From NCBI GenBank assembly GCA_049325595.1, contig JBMOLF010000010.1, positions 1 to 64,000 on the forward strand: DNA of 64,000 nucleotides. Reading direction: 5' to 3'. The position numbers were made by a program, and so were the translations under genes. Of the stretch, positions 56,246 to 64,000 are shown one piece after another. The stretch comes from Candidatus Babelota bacterium. Lineage in GTDB: Bacteria; Babelota; Babeliae; Babelales; Vermiphilaceae. Within the stretch, counting starts at the first letter, position 1, and each line of letters starts with the position of its first letter. The notes beneath the pieces are model-generated. The model saw only the letters and a list, made by a program, of their open reading frames with translations. It did no database searches and had not been told where the DNA came from.

Positions 56246-56653
56246 TTATTTCAAATCAGGAAAGAACAATGCAAGTTCTTGCTTTGCTGTTTCAGGAGCA
56301 TCAGAACCATGGACCGCATTGTTACCAATGTTAGCACCAAATAATTTTCTGATAGTTCCTTCAGCAGCTTTTGCCGGGTCGGTGGTTCCCATAAGATCAC
56401 GCCATGCTTGAATAGCGTTATCTTTTTCAAGAGCCATAATAACAACCGGTCCTGAAGTAATGAAATTTACCATTTCACCAAAAAAAGGTCGTTCTTTGTG
56501 TACGCCGTAAAAAGTTTCAACTTGAGGTTTAGTCAAGGTAGCTTTTTGCATGCGTACAATAGTAAACCCATTTTTTTCAATAAGGTCGATGATTTTGCCA
56601 CTATTACCAGCAGCAACTGCATCAGGCTTAATCATAGCGAATGTACGTTGCAT
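56246..56653 (-). CDS. ndk: Nucleoside diphosphate kinase (start ATG 56653)
   Basis: MQRTFAMIKPD, GTIR and NAVHGSD motifs. Confidence 0.97.
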   Translation of the reverse strand: MQRTFAMIKPDAVAAGNSGKIIDLIEKNGFTIVRMQKATLTKPQVETFYGVHKERPFFGEMVNFITSGPVVIMALEKDNAIQAWRDLMGTTDPAKAAEGTIRKLFGANIGNNAVHGSDAPETAKQELALFFPDLK

Positions 56654-56664
56654 AATGAACATCC

Positions 56665-58509
56665 TTACTCGTTGTCTGACTCTGAAGAAGTTGTTTCGCC
56701 TTCTGTTCCTTGCTTTTGACGAGCTGCATATTTTTCAAGCTCAAGCTGGAACAAGTTTTTGGTTTTAGGAGCAGAAGTTTGAGTTTTTGGTTGCTTTTCA
56801 ACTTTAGCTGCCTTCGGCTTCTCTTTTCTTTCTTCAGTACGAACGTGTTCATAAGAACCGGTTTCTTTAGTCTTCAAGCTTAAGCCAAGTTTACGTTCTT
56901 CCTTGTTAATGTTGATAACACGGAATTGTGACATTTGGCCAACTTTAAGAATATCTTCAACCTTGTTTACATTATGATCAGCAAGTTCAGAAATATGCAC
57001 TAAGCCTTCAATACCGGTAGGAAGTTTTACAAATGCACCAAAATTGGTGATTTTGGAAACTTTACCTTCAACCAAGGTACCAATTGGGTATTGAGTTTCA
57101 ATATTTTCCCATGGATCTTGGGTGAGTTGTTTGATGCCAAGAGATATTTTCTTATTAACTTTATCTACACCAAGTACTACCGCTTCTACGGTATCACCTT
57201 TCTTGTAGATATCGCTTGGGTGATCAATATGCTCAGTCCATGAAAGATCAGAAATATGTACCAATCCGTCAATTCCCGGCATTAATTGTACAAAGATACC
57301 AAAGTCAGTGATGTTACTGATGGTTCCTTTGATGTGTTGACCCACTTTAAATTGCTCATCAACAGCTTCCCAAGGATTTTTATCAATTTGTTTGATGCTC
57401 AAGGACATACGACGATTTTCTTTATCCAATGAAACGATCAATACTTCAATTTCTTGACCTACTTTAAATTTGTTGGTCAAGTCGTTGATACGATCAGTCC
57501 ATGAAATTTCAGAAATGTGTACCAATCCTTCAACACCTTTTTGAATTTCAACAAAAAGGCCATAATCGGTGATGCTAGAGATTTTACCTTTAACTTTGTC
57601 ACCAACTTTGAGTGTTTCGCTTACTTTTTCCCACGGATTGCCACTGAGTTGTTTTAAGCCAAGAGAGATTTTTTCATTAGCTTTATCAAATGACAATACT
57701 ACGACAGAAATAGTATCGCCAATGCGAACCATTTCGCTTGGGTGAGCAATGCGACCCCAGGTCATATCAGTAATGTGTAAGAGTCCGTCTACGCCGCCGA
57801 TGTCGATGAACACACCATAATTGGTAATATTCTTAACCACACCTTGAATTACTTGTCCAACATGTAAAGTATCCAAGATTTTCTTACGACCTTCTGCGCG
57901 TTGTTCTGATAAGAACTTGCGACGAGAAATAATTACATTGCCGCGTTTTTTGTTAATTTTAATAACATTGGCAGTAATTGGTTGACCTACGTACTGATCA
58001 AAGTCAGTAACTCTTTGCAAGTCAATTTGGGATCCAGGCAAGAATGCAGGGATGCCAATATCAACGCTTAAGCCACCTTTAACTTTATGAGTAACGATAC
58101 CCTCAACTGGTTTACCTTCTTCATAAAGACGGGTAATTTCATCCCAGGCGCGAAGCGCTTTAGCTTTCTCATATGAAAGCAAAACTTGGCCATCAGCAGT
58201 TTCTATTTCGTCAAGAATAACTTCAATAGGATCGCCTGCCTTTAGTTTTTTTAACTCATGTTCTGAAAATTCATAACGAGGTATGAAGCCATCAGACTTA
58301 AAGTTAATATCTACCACCACACCATCATTGGTAACTTTCATGATAGACCCTTGGATGAGCTTGCCAGATGTTAAATTGTCAAGCGCTCCTTGATAAAGGC
58401 TATCAATCTCTTGTCTTTGTTCAGCACTTAAGCTGAGTAACTCATCATCGATGAGAACTGCTTTGTCTGCCTGAGCAAATTGGGTGGGTTTGATAAACTC
58501 TTTTGACAT
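56665..58509 (-). CDS. rpsA: 30S ribosomal protein S1 (start ATG 58509)
   Basis: Six S1 repeats (FLPGSQ, GLLHITD, GLVHISE/D); SD AAGGAG. Confidence 0.97.
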   Translation of the reverse strand: MSKEFIKPTQFAQADKAVLIDDELLSLSAEQRQEIDSLYQGALDNLTSGKLIQGSIMKVTNDGVVVDINFKSDGFIPRYEFSEHELKKLKAGDPIEVILDEIETADGQVLLSYEKAKALRAWDEITRLYEEGKPVEGIVTHKVKGGLSVDIGIPAFLPGSQIDLQRVTDFDQYVGQPITANVIKINKKRGNVIISRRKFLSEQRAEGRKKILDTLHVGQVIQGVVKNITNYGVFIDIGGVDGLLHITDMTWGRIAHPSEMVRIGDTISVVVLSFDKANEKISLGLKQLSGNPWEKVSETLKVGDKVKGKISSITDYGLFVEIQKGVEGLVHISEISWTDRINDLTNKFKVGQEIEVLIVSLDKENRRMSLSIKQIDKNPWEAVDEQFKVGQHIKGTISNITDFGIFVQLMPGIDGLVHISDLSWTEHIDHPSDIYKKGDTVEAVVLGVDKVNKKISLGIKQLTQDPWENIETQYPIGTLVEGKVSKITNFGAFVKLPTGIEGLVHISELADHNVNKVEDILKVGQMSQFRVININKEERKLGLSLKTKETGSYEHVRTEERKEKPKAAKVEKQPKTQTSAPKTKNLFQLELEKYAARQKQGTEGETTSSESDNE

Positions 58510-58766
58510 GTAATGCTCCTTTTGATTGGTAAAAATCCAATCAAAATTCCTAATAAAAGGAGGTTTAAAGGTTAAAATAAAATACAATGCTTTTATTTTA
58601 TCATGATTGGGTATGTTTTACAAATTGGCTTTTTTGCATGAATCATCGTATTGCTAGGAGTTATCCAATGAATTTTTATGCATATACATGAGCTTTGTTT
58701 TTATTGCTATTTGTGATAAAATTAAATGCGTAGTTAATAATTTATTTATGTTAAAATGGAGTGCTT

Positions 58767-59153
58767 ATGAAGGTATTAATACTTTCTTTATTTTTTACCA
58801 CCTTGAGTTTTATTTCAGTGTGCCAAGAATCTAACAAACAAGTTAATAAAATGAGTATTTCGTTTTTGCTCAATGATGGTAACAATATTAACTCTGGCTT
58901 AGCAAAAATATCTTATTTAGCTAAAAATAAAGCTATATGTCAGCATTGTTCGGCTATTTTTCACTCACAAGATCGATGCCTGGAACATCTTATGACATTA
59001 ACTAAAAATTCTTATCAATTTATATGTTGTAATAATATTTATGAAAATTCTGACCAGGCACAAACCCATCTTTACGTTAACCATTTTCGGCAAAAAAGAA
59101 ATTTCATTATTTATCAAGACGAAAAATTAGTGGTAAATAATAGTTCAAATTAA
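58767..59153 (+). CDS. Secreted C2H2-zinc-finger-like protein
   Basis: Signal peptide; CxxCx3Fx8H and CCx12Hx4H; KMSISFLLN motif. Confidence 0.6.
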   Translation: MKVLILSLFFTTLSFISVCQESNKQVNKMSISFLLNDGNNINSGLAKISYLAKNKAICQHCSAIFHSQDRCLEHLMTLTKNSYQFICCNNIYENSDQAQTHLYVNHFRQKRNFIIYQDEKLVVNNSSN

Positions 59154-59896
59154 TTTATATTTTTTTGTTGGCGGTATAGTAAAGTTGCAAATATCCCTAA
59201 GGTTACCAATTTTAAATATGATGCAACAAAGTAATCAAGAAATAATGGCAATTTAGAAGTAATTGCTGTTGTTGTTGTATCAGTAATAAACTTAATTTGA
59301 AAAAAAGTAATAAAATAATGAATTAAGGTAACTAATACATATGCAGCAGCTAAACTTATAAGAACTGCAACAATAGTTTTTAATACCAATTTGCTTGATT
59401 CTACCATTGCAAAAATTGCGTTGTTGGCTTTAAACAAAACGAACTGGGTTGCATAAAATAATAAAAATACTCTGATTATTGAATCTATGAGCAAGATTAT
59501 AAATGATAATTGTGGTATGCCAGCAAATAAGGTACGTGAAAAGAGATATTGAATAATTCCAAAAAGTGCTAGTGCAGGAAATTTGTCAGACGCTACTTTA
59601 AAGCTTTGACTAATCCCTGCAGAAGGTCGATTAGGTACATAATAAGCAACAGCAGCAACGATAAAAAATTGCAACGTATTTTCAAAAATATGTGCCAATG
59701 GTAACATTAAATAATCAAAAAAACCTAATGTTTTGCCAGTTTGTGCAAGTAAATTAATCGAAGAAAATAACAAATAATGGAATCCCATAAAAAAGAGCGC
59801 CGTTGCAAAAACAATTCCTAGTATGACAGGGTGTTGCCATGCAAGCAGATGAGCCTTTAAATATGTTTTAATATCATCAATAATAGTAATGTTCAT
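59150..59896 (-). CDS. Polytopic membrane protein
   Basis: About six hydrophobic segments. Confidence 0.75.
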   Translation of the reverse strand: MNITIIDDIKTYLKAHLLAWQHPVILGIVFATALFFMGFHYLLFSSINLLAQTGKTLGFFDYLMLPLAHIFENTLQFFIVAAVAYYVPNRPSAGISQSFKVASDKFPALALFGIIQYLFSRTLFAGIPQLSFIILLIDSIIRVFLLFYATQFVLFKANNAIFAMVESSKLVLKTIVAVLISLAAAYVLVTLIHYFITFFQIKFITDTTTTAITSKLPLFLDYFVASYLKLVTLGIFATLLYRQQKNIN

Positions 59897-60002
59897 AAAA
59901 ACCTCAAAAATAAAATTTTTTGGTAATTATTACCATCACTAGCAAGCTGTGCTAAAAAAAGTAAAGATCTTATACTATTGTTTGATGATTAAAATGATTT
60001 GA

Positions 60003-60626
60003 TTATTTGGTTTTTAAATAATCAAACACAATTTGGCTCCAGGTTTCAAGCTGTGGATAGAGCTGTTCAATTTCTTCACACGTCATAAGATAACCAGATT
60101 TTAGCTCTGATTTTACGGCAATCTGATCAGTATTCCCATGAGCAAGAATTACAAATCCTAAATGTACTTGTCCTACAGCATTAGAGTCATCATTTAAAAA
60201 ACCAATTGGTTCAAGAGTAAGTGAGCCAGAATAATTTATTTCTTCATGAAATTCGCGTTCTGCCCAGTCAATTATTGCTTTTCCTTGGACATCTTCTTGA
60301 CGCACATGGCCACCAATGCCTAAAGAAAATTTATTTTTCAAGCGTTGCTCAGAAGCGCTGCTTTTACGTTGCATAACAAAATAGCGGCCATCAAAATGAT
60401 AAACTACATAAGGAATAATTTGTTTGTAAGTTGGATCTTGCTCCATTAGTGAGCGGGGTAAAAATTCTTGATTTTGAGTGATCGTTGTTACCATGTTAGA
60501 AGTGCTATCGTTGTTTAACCCATGCCAACTTGTTTGAGCAAATAGCAATTCGCGTTTTACTACTAAGATATGTTCATCATGATTCTTTATTGAATTGGTT
60601 GGTATAGCATTTGGTGTAGGATTCAT
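60003..60626 (-). CDS. NUDIX-like predicted phosphoesterase (start ~60626)
   Basis: E.DP.YKQIIPY, EQRL...SLGIGGH, REFHEE and VGQVHLG motifs. Confidence 0.8.
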   Translation of the reverse strand: MNPTPNAIPTNSIKNHDEHILVVKRELLFAQTSWHGLNNDSTSNMVTTITQNQEFLPRSLMEQDPTYKQIIPYVVYHFDGRYFVMQRKSSASEQRLKNKFSLGIGGHVRQEDVQGKAIIDWAEREFHEEINYSGSLTLEPIGFLNDDSNAVGQVHLGFVILAHGNTDQIAVKSELKSGYLMTCEEIEQLYPQLETWSQIVFDYLKTK

Positions 60627-60673
60627 AACGATATCTTTCAAGAAAATTTGTTAACCATAAGAAGGAGATTATC

Positions 60674-61084
60674 ATGAATAGTTCTAATCCACAAATAGTG
60701 CAAAATTGCCAAGTGCATACTGCCTATACGTTACTTAAATATACCTATGGTATTGTTGCGCTTATTGTGGGTCTTGATAAGTTTTTTGGTTTTGTTACCC
60801 ATTGGCCTAAATATGTAAGCCCTTATATTGCACAATATTTGCCTGCTGGATTTACTATGCAATATTTGCTTGGCAGCGTCGGCATTATTGAGATTGTTGT
60901 TGGATTATTAGTGTTGAATAAAAAATATACGCAAATTGGTGCCTATATTTTAGCGGCATGGTTGGGCATAATTGCACTCAATTTGCTGACTATTGGCGGC
61001 TATTTTGATATTGCTGTGCGTGATCTGGTGCTAGCAGTAGGTGCAATAGCTCTTGCTCTTTTAAGCAAAGTTTGTTGTAAGTAA
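60674..61084 (+). CDS. DoxX-like membrane protein
   Basis: GLDKF, G.IEI..G and DIAVRD motifs. Confidence 0.75.
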   Translation: MNSSNPQIVQNCQVHTAYTLLKYTYGIVALIVGLDKFFGFVTHWPKYVSPYIAQYLPAGFTMQYLLGSVGIIEIVVGLLVLNKKYTQIGAYILAAWLGIIALNLLTIGGYFDIAVRDLVLAVGAIALALLSKVCCK

Positions 61085-61091
61085 CCATAAA

Positions 61092-61131
61092 AAATAAGAG
61101 AGCATAGCCAACATCTACGCTCTCTTATTTT
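61092..61131. terminator. Bidirectional terminator
   Basis: aaaataagagagc ... gctctcttatttt. Confidence 0.7.
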
Positions 61132-61150
61132 ATTTATAAATAAGGCAAAT

Positions 61151-61684
61151 TTATTTTATTGATTCTTTATTGATTATTTTATCAATTTCTTGAATGGTAT
61201 TCGGCGTATTATTTTTTAATTCTTTTAAGCAGTGAATGCTGCTGGCAGCTCCCCATGCCGATCCTCCTGTCATCAAAGATGCAAAAACAAGGTTACCCTG
61301 AAAAGCAAAGTAACTAGCTGGTTCAGGTGCAGCTGGATTTATTAAATGTTTAAGTTGAAGCGCAATAAGATGCCAATGGTCGGCGGCTTCAATACCAACT
61401 CCAATAGAAACCCCAGCAAAAGTTGCCGCTGTCGCAATAAGAAGAGCCTTTTCTGTTTTAGATTTTTTTAATAATTCTATCTCTGAAGCATCTTTATTTT
61501 TCTGTTGTAATGATGTACTAAAAAGTTTAGGTGTATGAGCATTGTCTTTTTGAGATAAGATTGGGCGAGATTTGGTTGCAGATACCATTTTAGTTACTAA
61601 TGCTAATTCATTTTTTAGCATAGCTTGATTTAAGTTATACCAAGCACTGCTTAACGAAATTAAAACAAGTAATCGTGTGTTCAT
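61151..61684 (-). CDS. Hypothetical secreted protein with two Gly/Ala-rich TM segments
   Basis: SD AGGAG; signal ...LNQA|M; basic, Ser/Thr-rich segment containing KLFSTS. Confidence 0.7.
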   Translation of the reverse strand: MNTRLLVLISLSSAWYNLNQAMLKNELALVTKMVSATKSRPILSQKDNAHTPKLFSTSLQQKNKDASEIELLKKSKTEKALLIATAATFAGVSIGVGIEAADHWHLIALQLKHLINPAAPEPASYFAFQGNLVFASLMTGGSAWGAASSIHCLKELKNNTPNTIQEIDKIINKESIK

Positions 61685-61860
61685 GTTGTCTCCTGTTTAT
61701 ATGATTAAAAGTTTGGCAAATTGTAGTACATATTTTTTTAAAATGCAACCTATCCCTACATAAATCAGCGCTGCCTCTTTCAAAGCATTCAATCTTTTTC
61801 ATTATGTGTTACACTGCACTACAAGTAAATTTATAGTACGTATCACGTAAGGAAAAACCC

Positions 61861-64000
61861 ATGGCCTATGAATTTGGTGCCATTGAAAAAAAATGGCAAA
61901 AAATTTGGGAAGAACATCCGGTAGCACAAACTAAACCAACTGGTTCAGGTAAAAAATATTATTGCTTAGACATGTTCCCTTATCCATCAGGTTCTGGGTT
62001 ACACGTAGGTCACTGGCGTGGCTATGTGCTTTCTGATATTTATGCGCGTATTAAATGGCTAGAAGGGTATAACATTTTACACCCTATGGGATGGGATGCT
62101 TTTGGTTTGCCTGCAGAGAATGATGCTATTAAAAAAGGTATTAATCCACAAGTCAGCACAGCGCAAAATATTGCAAATTTTAAAAAACAACTCAAACAAC
62201 TTGCCGCTATTTATGATTGGGATAAAGAAGTAAATACCACTGATCCTGAGTATTATAAATGGACTCAATGGATATTTTTACAAATGTACAAAGCAGGACT
62301 TGCTTATTGTACCGATATGCCCATTAACTGGTGTCCTTCATGTTTGACTGGTCTTGCCAATGAAGAAGTGGTGATGGGTAGTTGCGAGCGCTGTGGTACG
62401 GTTGTTACTAAGAAAAAAGTTCCTCAATGGGTGTTGCGTATTACCGATTATGCTGAAAAGTTACTTGAAGGTCTTGATAAGCTTGAATGGCCTGAAAAAG
62501 TTAAATTGATGCAAAAAAATTGGATTGGTAAATCGCAAGGGGTAGAAATTGTATTTGATACCGTTGATAATAATGGTAATAAAGTTCAATTACCAGTATT
62601 TACCACCAGTCCAGAAACTATTTATGGTGTCGTATTTTTGGTAATGGCGCCACAACATGCCATGGTACGTGATTTAACTAAAGAAGAAGAGCATCAAGAG
62701 GTAGAAGATTACTGCGATCTTGCAAAAGAAACTCATCTATTTGGCCATGAAGTTGATGATGAAGCAAATCCAAAAGAAAAAACAGGCGTGTTTACCGGAT
62801 CTTATGCGCGTAATCCAGTAACTGGGGAACAGATTCCAATTTATGTTGCTGATTATGTATTGAGCGAATATGGCACGGGTGTGGTAATGGGCGTACCGGG
62901 CCATGATGTGCGCGACTTTGATTTTGCGGTGAATTTTGATTTGCCACGTCCACAAGTTATTGATGCGCCAGAAGCAAAACCAGGTGATCAAGATGATATG
63001 GATGCAGCATACATGGGTGATGGTAAAATGATCAACAGTGGTCAATTTACTGGTATGACTCGTGAACAAGCTCGTAAAGCAATTAACGATTACATTATTG
63101 CTAATGGTTTTGGTGCAATTAAAAATAAATATAAATTAAGAGATTGGATTTTCTCACGACAACGTTATTGGGGTGAACCTATACCTTTAGTTCATTGCCC
63201 AACATGTGGAATAGTACCCGTTCCTGAAAATCAATTGCCGGTAGAATTGCCCTATGTAGAAAAATATCAACCTACTGGTACTGGCGAATCACCATTGGCA
63301 GCAATTAGTGAGTGGGTTAATACAACCTGTCCACAATGCCATGAACCAGCAAAGCGTGAAACCAATACTATGCCACAATGGGCAGGTTCTTGTTGGTATT
63401 TCTTGCGGTACCCCAACCCTCATTTGTCAACTGAGGCATTTGATAAAAAAGATATGGATTATTGGCTACCGGTTGATTTATATGTTGGTGGTATTGAACA
63501 CGCAATTTTACATTTGTTGTATGCGCGTTTTTATGTAAAAGTATTGCATGATCTGGGGTATTTACCATTTGATGAGCCGTTTGCTCATTTATTTAACCAA
63601 GGCATGGTTCTTAAATACTCTGAAAAAACTGGCCTTGTAGAAAAAATGTCTAAATCAAAAGGCAATGTGGTTAACCCTGATGATATGGTACGCGATTATG
63701 GTTCAGATGTATTGCGTATGTATATGATGTTTATGGGGCCACCTGAACTTGATTGTGAATGGCAAGATTCCGGGTTGGATGGTATTAAGCGTTTTATGAA
63801 TCGTTTCTGGGATTATTTTACTAATCCAGAACATCGTTTGCAGAAAAATGAATTAGAAGATAAATCTGCAACCCGTCGCTTGCATAAATTCTTGAAAGAT
63901 TATCAAGACCGATTGGCACACTTTAAACCAAATACAGCAATTTCTGCCTTTATGGAATTTTTAAATGATGTGACTGCTCAAACATTTAAATTTGGTTCTG
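61861..64000 (+). CDS. leuS: Leucyl-tRNA synthetase (partial, runs off the window; missing from the ORF track)
   Basis: [62 protein letters not shown] and KMSKSKGN motifs. Confidence 0.97.
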   Translation, partial: MAYEFGAIEKKWQKIWEEHPVAQTKPTGSGKKYYCLDMFPYPSGSGLHVGHWRGYVLSDIYARIKWLEGYNILHPMGWDAFGLPAENDAIKKGINPQVSTAQNIANFKKQLKQLAAIYDWDKEVNTTDPEYYKWTQWIFLQMYKAGLAYCTDMPINWCPSCLTGLANEEVVMGSCERCGTVVTKKKVPQWVLRITDYAEKLLEGLDKLEWPEKVKLMQKNWIGKSQGVEIVFDTVDNNGNKVQLPVFTTSPETIYGVVFLVMAPQHAMVRDLTKEEEHQEVEDYCDLAKETHLFGHEVDDEANPKEKTGVFTGSYARNPVTGEQIPIYVADYVLSEYGTGVVMGVPGHDVRDFDFAVNFDLPRPQVIDAPEAKPGDQDDMDAAYMGDGKMINSGQFTGMTREQARKAINDYIIANGFGAIKNKYKLRDWIFSRQRYWGEPIPLVHCPTCGIVPVPENQLPVELPYVEKYQPTGTGESPLAAISEWVNTTCPQCHEPAKRETNTMPQWAGSCWYFLRYPNPHLSTEAFDKKDMDYWLPVDLYVGGIEHAILHLLYARFYVKVLHDLGYLPFDEPFAHLFNQGMVLKYSEKTGLVEKMSKSKGNVVNPDDMVRDYGSDVLRMYMMFMGPPELDCEWQDSGLDGIKRFMNRFWDYFTNPEHRLQKNELEDKSATRRLHKFLKDYQDRLAHFKPNTAISAFMEFLNDVTAQTFKFGS

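Noticed and set aside
48186..61131. Similar terminator stems (aaataa..gagagc/gctctc..ttattt) at 48186 and 61092 as a REP/MITE family
   Set aside because: Only two short copies with different loops; ordinary terminators explain them.
4181..63568. Many short 60-150 aa ORFs in the track that lie antisense or out of frame within larger genes
   Set aside because: Shadow ORFs of well-supported genes, with no SD or recognisable motifs.
62077..63568. Small ORFs listed in the last 2 kb
   Set aside because: They lie inside leuS (61861 to the end), which the track missed because it has no stop in the window.
1..64000. CRISPR arrays, rRNA/tRNA genes, prophage or reverse-transcriptase systems
   Set aside because: No regularly spaced repeats, structural RNA signatures or relevant protein motifs seen.

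Overview
AT-rich bacterial chromosomal window, standard code, with no rRNA, tRNA or CRISPR seen. Gene content points to an obligate intracellular parasite of protists, most like Candidatus Dependentiae/Babeliae (TM6); this is inferred from many ankyrin and signal-peptide orphan proteins, a Chlamydia-type class Ic RNR and a partial T2SS locus. Housekeeping genes (trmH, tandem ddl, orn, priA, nrdAB, tal, ndk, rpsA, partial leuS) are interleaved with a large predicted secretome. Most striking: enzymes that are normally cytoplasmic carry Sec-type signal peptides. These include a coupled GDP-fucose operon (gmm, gmd-like, fcl, gmd), a UDP-glucose dehydrogenase and two soluble GT2 glycosyltransferases, suggesting an exported nucleotide-sugar/glycosylation system. 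Other highlights: candidate effectors (DOT1-like methyltransferase, ankyrin+BC-box, ankyrin-like+J-domain, C2H2 finger with an EH1-like motif, TIKI/EreA-like pair, pseudo-AAA ATPase); a recurrent Met directly after predicted signal peptides; mitochondrial presequence-like segments behind signal peptides; an MCE/beta-barrel gene following the T2SS pseudopilin genes; and a ~95-nt sRNA candidate with its own sigma70 promoter and terminator. All family calls come from motif recognition by eye; no searches were run.
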